A DNA stretch of 64,000 nt from an uncultured Spirochaetota bacterium (GTDB lineage Bacteria; Spirochaetota; Spirochaetia; SZUA-6; Fen-1364): assembly GCA_963781885.1 (NCBI GenBank), contig CAWAHW010000002.1, forward strand, positions 128,001 to 192,000, read 5' to 3'. The first letter of the stretch is position 1, and the number at the start of each line of letters is the position of its first letter. The notes under the pieces are model-generated. The model was not told where the DNA came from and searched no databases. It was given only the letters and a program-made list of their open reading frames with translations. The translations under genes and the position numbers were made by a program. Shown here in pieces: positions 10,676 to 19,539 of this stretch.

Positions 10676-11992
10676 ATGGACGAGGCAGCCAAAAAGCAAG
10701 GTCCCGACGATCACTACCACCTCCGCTGTCCACTGTGCGGAGGCATCTTCGCGGACAGGCCCGATCGTTTCCTGCTCACCTGCCCCGAGCCACACGCCCC
10801 CGCGCTCCTTCGCGCCCGCTACCGTCAGAGGCGCCTCGTGGCGCACCCCGAGCACACGGGAGTGTTCCGATTCTTCGACTGGCTGCCCGTACGACGCGCT
10901 CTGAAAGGCGGTGTCGGCCCGACAGTTTTCCAGAGCACCGGCCTGGGGCCTTCACTCGGCCTGGACAACCTTTTCATCATTTGGAACGGTTGGTGGCCCG
11001 AGAAGGGCGGCTTCATGGAGACCTGCACATTCAAGGAGCTCGAGGCGCAGGCGGTCTGCGGGCGCATCGGCGACGGCTGGCAGGATTCGCTCGTCGTTTC
11101 CTCCGCGGGGAACACGGCGCGCGCCTTCCACCAGGCCTGCACGCGCCACGGCGTGCCCGCCCTCCTGGTCGTGCCGGGACACGGGCTTCCCCTGCTCTGG
11201 AGCACGACCCCCTCACAGCCGCACGTCCGCCTGGCCGTGCTGGATGGCGGGGCGGATTACGCCGATGCAATTGCGCTGGGAAACGGCATCGCCCGCACGC
11301 GCGGATACTTCCCCGAAGGCGGCGCGCTCAACGCTGCCCGGCGCGACGGCATGGGCACGGTGGTGCTGGCCGCGGTGGAGAAGACGGGACGCGTCCCGCA
11401 GCATTACTTTCAAGCCGTGGGAAGCGGCACAGGAGCCATCGCGGCGTGGGAGATGAATCTGCGTCTCATGGAAGACGGAAGATTCGGCGCGGAGAAGATG
11501 CGCCTCCATCTCTCGCAGAATGCGCCCTTCACGCCCATGGTCGACGCCTGGGAGGCGGGCAGGCGCGAGCTTGCGGAGATACCCGGCGGGCGCGCGCTTG
11601 CCGCCTCCATTCACGCCCCGGTGCTCTCCAACAGGAATCCGCCGTACGGGATCGCCGGTGGGCTCTACGATGCCCTCAGCGATACCGGCGGCTTCATGTA
11701 CAGGGTCACCGCCGCGGAGGCAGGGGCCGCGGGCCGGCTTTTCGAGAAGACAGAGGGAAGCGATATCGACCCGGCGGCAGAGGTCGCCGTGGCATCGCTC
11801 CGGCAGGCGGTTGATCTCGGCAGGATCGGCGCGCATGACCTGGTGGCCCTCAACATCACCGGCGGCGGCCAGATCCGGCTGCGTCGGGACAAGAGACCCG
11901 CGGCGCTCCGGCCGCAGGCGACCCTCTCCATGAACGACGTGCGGCGGGAAGGGGAGGGGGCGCCGGCACTATTGAGAGAGGCACTGGCATGA
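10676..11992 (+). CDS. Cysteate synthase (PLP-dependent, threonine synthase-like)
   Basis: N-terminal CxxC; 'TCTFKELEA' (PLP Lys), 'SSAGNTARAF', 'ARRDGMGT', 'YFQAVGSGTGAIAAWE', 'VLSNRNPPY', which are characteristic of the cysteate synthase family. Confidence 0.85.
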   Translation: MDEAAKKQGPDDHYHLRCPLCGGIFADRPDRFLLTCPEPHAPALLRARYRQRRLVAHPEHTGVFRFFDWLPVRRALKGGVGPTVFQSTGLGPSLGLDNLFIIWNGWWPEKGGFMETCTFKELEAQAVCGRIGDGWQDSLVVSSAGNTARAFHQACTRHGVPALLVVPGHGLPLLWSTTPSQPHVRLAVLDGGADYADAIALGNGIARTRGYFPEGGALNAARRDGMGTVVLAAVEKTGRVPQHYFQAVGSGTGAIAAWEMNLRLMEDGRFGAEKMRLHLSQNAPFTPMVDAWEAGRRELAEIPGGRALAASIHAPVLSNRNPPYGIAGGLYDALSDTGGFMYRVTAAEAGAAGRLFEKTEGSDIDPAAEVAVASLRQAVDLGRIGAHDLVALNITGGGQIRLRRDKRPAALRPQATLSMNDVRREGEGAPALLREALA

Positions 11993-13233
11993 GCGACATC
12001 TTTGAAAAGTGCGGCACGGACGGCGGCTACTTCGGACGCTTCCGGGTCCAGGGAGACATGTACTTCTCCCAGCCCATACTCGAGGGCGCGCCCGGGCCGC
12101 GCATGAAGTTCCAGGGCAAGGACGTGATCGTCTGGGCCATCAACAACTACCTGGGCATCGCGGGCCGCGACGAGCTCACCGCCGCGGCGGCCGCTGCGCT
12201 TTCGCGGCACGGCCCGAGCGCGCCGATGGGCTCGCGTCTGCTCACGGGCAACTCCGAGCAGCACATCGAGCTGGAGAGGCGCCTCGGCGCCTTCTGCGGC
12301 AAGCCCGCCTCCATCGTGTTCAATTACGGCTACCTTGGCGTGCTGGGAACCGTCTCCGCGCTGGTCGGCCGCGACGACGCGGTGGTGATCGACTCCCTCT
12401 CCCATGCCTCCATGATCGATGCAACGGTGCTCGCCTCCGCGGGCAGGCGCTTTCGGCCCTACAAGCACAACGACATGGACGACCTGGAGCGCCACCTGCG
12501 CGGCGCGCGCGCGGACGTGAAGGGCGGCATCCTTGTCATCACGGAAGGCGTTTTCGGCATGAAGGGCAATCTGGCCCGGCTGCCCGACATCTGCCGGCTT
12601 GCAAAGCAATACGGCGCGCGGCTTTTCGTCGACGACGCGCATGGTTTCGGCGTGATGGGGGCGAACGGCCGCGGCACGGGCGAGCACTTCGGCTGCCAGG
12701 ACGGCATCGACCTGTATTTCGGAACTTTTGCAAAGGCCTTTGCCGCCATCGGCGGGGTGACCGCAGGAGAGAAGAGCGTCGTCGAGTGGGTGCGCTACAA
12801 CGCCCGCACGAATGTCTTCGCCAAGGCGCTGCCGCTCGTCTACGTGAAGACGGTGGAAGCGGCGCTCACGCTCGTGGAGAACGAGCCGCAGCGTCGGGAG
12901 CGCATGTGGGCCATCGCCAAGAGACTCCAGGCGGGGCTCGTGGATCTTGGTTTCGACATCGGCGGCACGGAGTCTCCCATCACGCCGGTCTACGTCATTG
13001 CGGGAAACGAAGAGACCGCGATGGCCATGATCGCCGATCTGCGGGAGAAGCACGGCGTCTTCGTCTCCGGGGTCACCTATCCGGTCGTGCCGCGCGGGGT
13101 CATCCTTTTCCGCATGATCCCCACCGCGGCGCACACGGAGGAGGACGTGGACAGGACCATCGACGCGTTCCGCGCGATGCGCGATTCGATGAAGCTCGAT
13201 CTTTCCACCAAGCCGTCGCAGCAGAATCGATGA
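11989..13233 (+). CDS. alpha-oxoamine synthase, probable cysteate C-acyltransferase (SulA/CapB-like)
   Basis: NNYLG, HASMID, DDAHG, GTFAKA (PLP Lys). N-terminus 'DIF...YF..P.LEG..GPRMKFQGK' and 'VFAKALP' resemble Bacteroidota sulfonolipid enzymes more than SPT/BioF. Coupled to cysteate synthase. Confidence 0.8.
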   Translation: MSDIFEKCGTDGGYFGRFRVQGDMYFSQPILEGAPGPRMKFQGKDVIVWAINNYLGIAGRDELTAAAAAALSRHGPSAPMGSRLLTGNSEQHIELERRLGAFCGKPASIVFNYGYLGVLGTVSALVGRDDAVVIDSLSHASMIDATVLASAGRRFRPYKHNDMDDLERHLRGARADVKGGILVITEGVFGMKGNLARLPDICRLAKQYGARLFVDDAHGFGVMGANGRGTGEHFGCQDGIDLYFGTFAKAFAAIGGVTAGEKSVVEWVRYNARTNVFAKALPLVYVKTVEAALTLVENEPQRRERMWAIAKRLQAGLVDLGFDIGGTESPITPVYVIAGNEETAMAMIADLREKHGVFVSGVTYPVVPRGVILFRMIPTAAHTEEDVDRTIDAFRAMRDSMKLDLSTKPSQQNR

Positions 13234-14039
13234 GCCGGGCGCTCGTGACCGGCGCCTCCCGCGGCATCGGGAAGGCCATTGCCGCTTCACTGGTCGCTGC
13301 CGGATACGAGGTTGTCGGCACGAGCCGGCATCCCGAGGCGCTTCCTCCGCACGACAGGATTGACGGCGTCCGCTACCTTGCACTCGACCTGTTGGAGGCC
13401 GGAAGCATCGCGTCGCTTGCGCGGGAAGCCGGACCGGTGGACGTCCTGGTGAGCAATGCCGGGCAGAGCCAGATCGGCGCGGTGGAAGAGCTGCCGGTCG
13501 ACGAGGTGAGAAGGCTTTTCGAGGCGAATCTCTTTGGCGCGCTGCGGGTGATACAGCTATTTCTTCCCGGCATGCGCCAGAGGCGCGCGGGAAAAGTCAT
13601 TGCGGTCGCTTCCATGGCCGCCGTCACACCCGTGCCTTTTCTCTCCTCCTACGCGGCGAGCAAGGCTGCCCTTGTGGCGATGATGCGCGGGCTGCGCTAT
13701 GAGACGGCATCCTTCGGGATCACGGTCGCCGTCGTTGCCCCCTTCGATATCAACACGAGCATTCCCCTGGACATCCGCTACGATGAGCGCTCGGCCTACA
13801 TGCCCGACATCGCCACGGTGCACCAGAGGCGCGACAAGGCCCTTGCCGAAGCGCCGGGACCCGATCTGGTCGCACGCAAGGTGATCTCCATCCTCCGCTC
13901 GCGCCGGCCCGGCTTCTTTCATCCCGTGGGCCGCGGGGCGGGGCTGAACGCGTTTCTCCTGCGGCATCTGCCCGCGAGGACAGTGGAGCGCATCATCCGG
14001 CGCCTCTTTGGGCTTCCGCGAGGGGCAGCTTCACGGTAA
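13230..14039 (+). CDS. Short-chain dehydrogenase, putative 3-dehydrocapnine (3-keto long-chain base) reductase
   Basis: TGASRGIG, SNAG and YAASK motifs; ATGA-coupled to the AOS gene. Confidence 0.8.
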   Translation: MSRALVTGASRGIGKAIAASLVAAGYEVVGTSRHPEALPPHDRIDGVRYLALDLLEAGSIASLAREAGPVDVLVSNAGQSQIGAVEELPVDEVRRLFEANLFGALRVIQLFLPGMRQRRAGKVIAVASMAAVTPVPFLSSYAASKAALVAMMRGLRYETASFGITVAVVAPFDINTSIPLDIRYDERSAYMPDIATVHQRRDKALAEAPGPDLVARKVISILRSRRPGFFHPVGRGAGLNAFLLRHLPARTVERIIRRLFGLPRGAASR

Positions 14040-15828
14040 AACTGGTCTTGCTGCCGGGCACACTGGAAAAGCTGAGGCTGCCGCGGTGGGCCTCCACGAT
14101 GTGCTGGCAGATCGACAAGCCCAGCCCCGTGTTTGTCTTCGTCATCTTCGTGCTGAAAAAAGGCGTGAAAATCCGGTCCTGGATCTCGCGGGGGATGCCG
14201 TAGCCGTTGTCCATGACGGTCACCTCCGCGCAGTCCTCCTCCCGGTTGTGCTGCATCGTCACCTCGATGAGACCGTGGTCCAGCACCGCCTCCACGCTGT
14301 TCATGACGAGGTTGATGAAGAGCTGCTTCAGCTTGTTCTCTTCACCGCTCACGACCAGCGGCTGCTCCGGGAAGCTTGTCCGCACCACGAGACGCTTCTG
14401 GTTCAGCTTGTGACCGAGCAGAAGGATCACCTCGCCCAGAAGCTCCCCGAGGTTCACGGTGCGGCCGTCCACCTGGCTCACGCGTGAGAAGGAGAGCAGG
14501 CTGCCGACGATCGCGACGATCCGGCTGAGCTCATTTTCGATCTTTCCGAGCTTCTCCTTCCCGTCCCCGTCCAGATCCTTCAGCTTCAGAAGCTCGACGT
14601 AGTTCTGGATGATGCCCAGCGGGTTGTTGATCTCGTGTGCCACCCCGGCGGCGAGCTCCGCGATGGAGGCGATCTTCTCCGCGCGCAGGAGGTACTCCTT
14701 CACGAAGTGGTCCATCGACACGTCTTCCAGCATGAGGATGGTCCCCGTGAACCTGTAGTCCTCGTCTTGCAGAGGGAAGCTCTTCAGGAGCAGGAAGCGT
14801 TCGTCGTTCACGGTGATGCCTTCCCAGCTGTGGCGCTCGCGGCCGACGATCTTTTCGCAGATGTCGCCGGCATCGCTCACGTGATGGACCTCCAGCATCT
14901 CGCCGATGGGCACGCGCGGCAGGACGTGATCGTCGGCGCCCAGGATGCGCCGCGCGGCCTGGTTGCTCAGGTAGATCCGGTTGTCGGTGTCCAGGATGAT
15001 CACGCCGACCGGCAGGTCGCTGATGATGCTCTCATTGTAGCGTTTGATCAGCGTGAGCTGCTGGTGCTGGCCCTCGCCCTCCTCGATGTTGAACATGAAG
15101 CTGTAGGCGAGCTTCAGGAGCTTGAACCGGTCCAGGTCGCGCACGAGCTCCGTGCCGCGCCGCTGCCCGTTCTTCAGCACCGTCACGCGGTCGGCGAACT
15201 TGAAGACCTCATCCACGCTCGTGGAGACGTAGATGATGGCCTTGTCGCGGCGGCGGTACTCGGTGAGAAGGCGGAACACCTGGTCCATCTCCTCCGAGTT
15301 CAGGCGGCTGGAGATCTCATCCACGACGAGGATGTCCGGCTCCAGGGATACGACGCGCGCGATCTCCACCATCTGCTGCTCGGCGAGGCTCAGCCGTCCG
15401 ACGGGCGTGTCCAGCGCGACGTGCACGTCGAGCTCCTCCAGCAGGTTGCGGCACCGTTCCCGCACCTCGGAGGGAAAACGCTGCCGCAGCCATACTTTCG
15501 GCAGCCTGCCCAGGGAGATGTTCTCCACGGCGTTCAGCGTCGGGATGAGGCTCAGGTTCTGGTAGACGATGCCGATGCCGTGCCGGATGGCCGCCCGGGG
15601 CGTGGGGAAATCCACCTCGCGGCCCTCCAGCAGGATCGTGCCCTTCTGCTTGCGCAGGTCGCCGCTCAGGATCTTCACGAGGCTGGATTTTCCGGAGCGT
15701 CGCTCCCCGACCAGGGCATGGATCTCCCCCGCGAACAGGTCGAAATCGACACCCTTCAGGGCGGCAACCTCGCCGAAGGAGAAATGGATGTTCTTCATCT
15801 GGAGAAGAGGAAGCCGGGGCTCCTTCAC
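13993..15828 (-). CDS. Fusion protein: degenerate sugar-ABC ATPase domain + PAS + histidine kinase
   Basis: aa ~8-245 RbsA/AraG-like (GERRSGKS, IVYQ, LSLAEQQMVEIAR, VVDE, ADRVTVLKNG); PAS 'SIISDLPVGVIILD...NQAARRILG'; H-box AHEINNPL, N-box NLVMNSVEA, G1 DNGYGI, F-box, G2 GLGLSI. One continuous ORF with no TM segment. Confidence 0.9.
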   Translation of the reverse strand: MKEPRLPLLQMKNIHFSFGEVAALKGVDFDLFAGEIHALVGERRSGKSSLVKILSGDLRKQKGTILLEGREVDFPTPRAAIRHGIGIVYQNLSLIPTLNAVENISLGRLPKVWLRQRFPSEVRERCRNLLEELDVHVALDTPVGRLSLAEQQMVEIARVVSLEPDILVVDEISSRLNSEEMDQVFRLLTEYRRRDKAIIYVSTSVDEVFKFADRVTVLKNGQRRGTELVRDLDRFKLLKLAYSFMFNIEEGEGQHQQLTLIKRYNESIISDLPVGVIILDTDNRIYLSNQAARRILGADDHVLPRVPIGEMLEVHHVSDAGDICEKIVGRERHSWEGITVNDERFLLLKSFPLQDEDYRFTGTILMLEDVSMDHFVKEYLLRAEKIASIAELAAGVAHEINNPLGIIQNYVELLKLKDLDGDGKEKLGKIENELSRIVAIVGSLLSFSRVSQVDGRTVNLGELLGEVILLLGHKLNQKRLVVRTSFPEQPLVVSGEENKLKQLFINLVMNSVEAVLDHGLIEVTMQHNREEDCAEVTVMDNGYGIPREIQDRIFTPFFSTKMTKTNTGLGLSICQHIVEAHRGSLSFSSVPGSKTSFTVKLPLAEAQRGAG

Positions 15829-15829
15829 G

Positions 15830-17155
15830 CTAGGGCTCCAGGCCGAGCTTCTTCATCTTGTTGTACAGCGTCTTTCGATGGATGCGCAGGATTTCCGCGG
15901 CCTTGTGCTTCACGCCGTCGCTCTTCTCCAGCGCGTCGAGGATCATCTGGCGCGACACCGATTCGTAGGCATTGGCCAGGGTTGCCTGCCCGCTCACCGC
16001 GTAGTCGGTATACTGCCGCGGCAGGTCATCCACGGTGAGCTCCGTTGTTTCGCAGAAGATCACCGCGCGCTCGATGCAGTTCTTCAGCTCCCGGACATTG
16101 CCCGGCCAGTTGTGCGCCAGGAGGACCTGTCGGACCCCGGGTGAAAGCCCCTGGATCTGCTTCGAGTACTGCTCGTTGAACTGCAGGAGGAAATACCCCG
16201 CCAGGAGGCCGATGTCCTCCCGGCGCTCGCGCAGGGGCGGCAGGGCGATGCTGATCACCGACATGCGGTAGAACAGGTCCTCGCGGAAGGTGCCCGCGGC
16301 GATCATCTGCGCGATGTTCTTGTTCGTGGCGGCGATGATGCGCACGTCGGCCTTCACCGCCCGGGAGCCGCCCACGCGCGTGAGCGCGCGCTCCTGCAGG
16401 ACGCGCAGCAGCTTCGCCTGCGTGTCGAGGCTCAGGTCGCCGATCTCGTCCAGGAAGAGGCTGCCGCCGTCGGCGAGCTCGAACTTGCCCCGGTGCATCT
16501 TGTGCGCCCCGGTGAACGCCCCTTCCTCGTGACCGAAGAGCTCGCTCTCCAGCAGCGTCTCGGGTATCGCCGCGCAGTTGATCTTCACGAACGGTTTCGC
16601 GCTGCGGTGGCTGAGCGCGTGCAGGGCGTCGGCGACGAGCTCCTTGCCCGTGCCGCTCTCACCGGTGATCACGACGGAGGCATCCGTCGGGCCGACCTTG
16701 TCGATGGTGCGGAATATCTCCCGCATGCGCGGGTTGACCGACCAGACGCGGAAGCTCGGGGGAAGCAGCGGCTCCACGCGGCGGCGGAGGCCATTCGTCC
16801 GCGCGAGCTGCTCCACCTCGTTGAGGAGCTCGGGGATGCGGAGCGGCTTCTCGTAGAAGTTCATCGCCCCGTACCGCATTGCCCGCACGACGTTCTCCGC
16901 GCTCGCGAATCCCGAGATCATGATGATGGGGATCGAGCGATCCCTTTCCTTGACCTCCTTGAGCAGTGCGATCCCGTCCATCACCGGCATCTTCACGTCC
17001 ACGATGATCAGGTCGGGCGGGTCCTCAACGAGGAGGCCCGGCACCTCTTCCGGAAGCGTCGTGTGGCGCGCGCGATAGCCGTGGGACGTCAGCAGCTCGG
17101 ACAGGGAAAGGCACATCTCAATCTCATCGTCCACGATGAGAACGTTGAAGGCCAT
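15830..17155 (-). CDS. NtrC-family sigma54-dependent response regulator
   Basis: REC (VDDE, DVKMP), AAA+ GESGTGKE, intact ESELFGH..GAFTGA, FLDEIG, WPGNVREL, Fis-type HTH 'AAEILRIHRKTLYNK'. Confidence 0.95.
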   Translation of the reverse strand: MAFNVLIVDDEIEMCLSLSELLTSHGYRARHTTLPEEVPGLLVEDPPDLIIVDVKMPVMDGIALLKEVKERDRSIPIIMISGFASAENVVRAMRYGAMNFYEKPLRIPELLNEVEQLARTNGLRRRVEPLLPPSFRVWSVNPRMREIFRTIDKVGPTDASVVITGESGTGKELVADALHALSHRSAKPFVKINCAAIPETLLESELFGHEEGAFTGAHKMHRGKFELADGGSLFLDEIGDLSLDTQAKLLRVLQERALTRVGGSRAVKADVRIIAATNKNIAQMIAAGTFREDLFYRMSVISIALPPLRERREDIGLLAGYFLLQFNEQYSKQIQGLSPGVRQVLLAHNWPGNVRELKNCIERAVIFCETTELTVDDLPRQYTDYAVSGQATLANAYESVSRQMILDALEKSDGVKHKAAEILRIHRKTLYNKMKKLGLEP

Positions 17156-17161
17156 GGCGCC

Positions 17162-17190
17162 ATGATAGGCGGCGGCGCGCCTGAAATCAA
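17162..17190 (-). promoter_or_regulatory. sigma70-type promoter for leaderless RR-kinase operon
   Basis: TTGATT-N17-TATCAT on the minus strand, 6 nt before ATG 17155; no SD. Confidence 0.55.
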
Positions 17191-17268
17191 GCGCGCGCCG
17201 CGGTTGCGTGCAGGAAGCGCCGTGTTGCGTGCCCCCCGGGATTCGTGTACAACGAGTGGTGAGAAGCC

Positions 17269-18360
17269 ATGCGCGGGGACACATCGACACGCCGGAGAGC
17301 TCTCGCCTGCGCCCTCTGCGTCACTCTCGCCGCCCTTGCCGCCGCCTCCTGTTCCGGGGCGAATGCCGGGCGGAAAGGCGCCTCTCCTCCCATCCGCATC
17401 GGATTCCTCGTGAAGCGCCCGGAAGAGCTGTGGTTCCAGAATGAATGGCGCTATGCGCAGAAATGCGCCGATACCAATGGCTTCCAGCTCATCAAGATCG
17501 GCGTGCCGGACGGCGACAAGGTGCTCGCCGCCATCGACAATCTTGCCGCGCAGGGCGCCCAGGGCTTCGTGATATGCACCCCTGACGTGCGCCTGGGACC
17601 GGCCATCCTCTCCCGCGCCTCCACCTATGGCATGAAGGTATTCACCGTCGACGACCAATTCGTGGGTCCTGACGGCAGCTTCATCAAGGTGCCCTACATG
17701 GGCATCTCCTCGCCGCAGATCGGCGCGGCGGTCGCGAACGCCCTCTACGACGAGTATCAGAAGCGCCAGTGGCGGCCCGAGGAGACGGCGGCACTCGCCG
17801 TGACATTCGACGAGCTGAACACCGTCAAGGAGCGCACCGACGCTGCGGCGGAAACCCTGAAGGCGCGAAGCTTCCCCGCGGACCGCATCTTCCGCATTCC
17901 CGAAAAAACGGCGGACCTGCCCGGCGCATTCGACGCCGCGAGCATCGCCCTGTCCCAGCACGCCGAGGTAAAGCGCTGGCTGGTTTTTTCCATCAACGAC
18001 GAGGGGGTGCTGGGGGCCATTCGCGCGATGGAAAACCGCGGCTTCAACGCCGACACGGTGATCGGCATCGGCATTGGCTCCAGCCTGGGCATCATCGAGT
18101 TTCGCAAGCGCGAGATCACGCCCTTCTTCGCGTTCTGTCTCATCAACCCATACATGCACGGCTTCCAGACCACCGAATGGCTCTACCGGTGGGTGAGCGC
18201 CGGCATCCAGCCGCCGATGGACACCCGCACCCCCGGTACGATCGTGACGCGCGACGACTATCGGGACATCTTCCAGAGCCGCGGACTTGAGGAGCTGCTC
18301 CTCCCGCAGCCGGGCGACGCGAAGCCGCAGGACGCCGACAGGGGACGGGGCGAATCATGA
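17269..18360 (+). CDS. araF: L-arabinose-binding-protein-like lipoprotein
   Basis: 'IGFLVKRPEELWFQNEW', 'GFVICTPD', 'VDDQFV', 'NDEGVLG' closely parallel E. coli AraF; lipobox-like LAAASC. Confidence 0.85.
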   Translation: MRGDTSTRRRALACALCVTLAALAAASCSGANAGRKGASPPIRIGFLVKRPEELWFQNEWRYAQKCADTNGFQLIKIGVPDGDKVLAAIDNLAAQGAQGFVICTPDVRLGPAILSRASTYGMKVFTVDDQFVGPDGSFIKVPYMGISSPQIGAAVANALYDEYQKRQWRPEETAALAVTFDELNTVKERTDAAAETLKARSFPADRIFRIPEKTADLPGAFDAASIALSQHAEVKRWLVFSINDEGVLGAIRAMENRGFNADTVIGIGIGSSLGIIEFRKREITPFFAFCLINPYMHGFQTTEWLYRWVSAGIQPPMDTRTPGTIVTRDDYRDIFQSRGLEELLLPQPGDAKPQDADRGRGES

Positions 18361-19334
18361 ACGCCCGCGCGGATGCCCTTTCTCGCGGCCGGCTCGTCGC
18401 CGCCCGGGTGCGCGGCGCCTGGAGCCGCTACACGAGCCTCTTGATCCTGGTGGTCATCGTCGCCGCCTCTTCGATATTCGTCCCGCACTTCCTCTCTTGG
18501 ATCAACATCATCGGCTTGGGCCTGTCGATCTCCATGGTGGGCATGGTGGCCTGCTCGATGCTCCTGTGCCTGGCCTCCGGTGGATTCGATCTCTCGGTGG
18601 AATCGGTCGTCGCATTCTCCGGGGTGCTCGCCGCGGTCGTGATCAATTCCAGCGGCAGCGTGCTCGGTGGCGTCCTGGCAGGCATACTGGCCGGCGGTCT
18701 TGTCGGCGCGGTCAACGGGGCCATCGTCTCCTACTTTTCCCTGAATCCGCTGATCACCACCCTCGCCGTCATGCAGATCGTGCGCGGTCTCGGCTTTCTG
18801 GTCTCCCAGGGCTCGGCAGTGGGCGTGAACAATACGGGCTTTTTCGTTCTGGGTGCCGGGCGCATCCTGTCCATCCCGAACCCGATCTGGATCACCGTTT
18901 TTCTCATGATCCTCTTCGCGTTCGTGCTCACGCGCACCTCGTTCGGTCGCAACATGCGCGCGGTCGGGGGAAATGAGACGGCGGCGCGCTTGAAAGGGAT
19001 CGCGGTCAACCGCACGAAGATGATCGTCTATATCGTGCAGGGCTTGATCGCGGGTTTTGCCGGTGTCGTGCTCGCCTCCCGCATGACCAGCGGTCAGCCC
19101 AATACGTCCCAGGGATTCTCCATGGACGTGATTTCCGCCTGCGTCCTGGGCGGCGTATCGCTCTCGGGTGGCGTGGGGACGCTCAGCGGCACGATCATCG
19201 GTGTGCTGATCATGGGCTCCGTCCAGAATGCCATGAATCTTCTCAATATCCCGACCTTCTACCAGTACATCCTGCGCGGCTTCATCCTTCTCCTCGCCGT
19301 GCTTCTCGACCAGTTCAAACGCAGGAGCAAGTAG
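18357..19334 (+). CDS. araH: L-arabinose ABC permease-like protein
   Basis: 'GMVACSMLLCLASGGFDLSV', 'ASRMTSGQP', 'ISACVLGGVSLSGG' match AraH; ATGA-coupled to araF. Confidence 0.85.
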   Translation: MNARADALSRGRLVAARVRGAWSRYTSLLILVVIVAASSIFVPHFLSWINIIGLGLSISMVGMVACSMLLCLASGGFDLSVESVVAFSGVLAAVVINSSGSVLGGVLAGILAGGLVGAVNGAIVSYFSLNPLITTLAVMQIVRGLGFLVSQGSAVGVNNTGFFVLGAGRILSIPNPIWITVFLMILFAFVLTRTSFGRNMRAVGGNETAARLKGIAVNRTKMIVYIVQGLIAGFAGVVLASRMTSGQPNTSQGFSMDVISACVLGGVSLSGGVGTLSGTIIGVLIMGSVQNAMNLLNIPTFYQYILRGFILLLAVLLDQFKRRSK

Positions 19335-19347
19335 CCGCCGCGCCGCA

Positions 19348-19399
19348 ACGTGCACGAATGTGCACGTCGACTATTGACGAGCGTGGCGCCACGTGCACG
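19348..19399. promoter_or_regulatory. Putative enhancer (UAS) pair for the sigma54 activator
   Basis: ACGTGCAC-GAAT-GTGCACGT (19348-19367) and the related CGTGGCGCCACGTGCACG (19382-19399), 33 bp apart and 80-135 bp upstream of the -24 box. Confidence 0.55.
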
Positions 19400-19479
19400 A
19401 CGTCCTGGGCAGCGCGACTGGGGCACATTCTATTTGCTTACCATGAATGCAGTTGACTCATTTTCCCCGCGCGCTGCCC

Positions 19480-19496
19480 TTGGTACGCCGCTTGCA
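19480..19496 (+). promoter_or_regulatory. sigma54 (-24/-12) promoter
   Basis: TTGGTACG-CCGC-TTGCA; one mismatch to TGGCACG-N4-TTGCA with exact spacing. Confidence 0.8.
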
Positions 19497-19539
19497 CCAT
19501 GAGCAGCGAGGCCCGGAACGGCTCGAGGAGGCTCAGGCG

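Noticed and set aside
12009-14039. 676-aa ORF suggesting a long SDR fusion (likewise 5629-7350, 6264-8513, 36340-37437, 37770-39032)
   Set aside because: The N-terminal parts are off-frame read-through over the upstream gene; real starts are at ATGA overlaps or SD-preceded ATGs.
13993-14039. 47-bp convergent 3' overlap of SDR and kinase as antisense regulation
   Set aside because: Short tail overlaps are common in compact high-GC genomes; nothing else supports a function.
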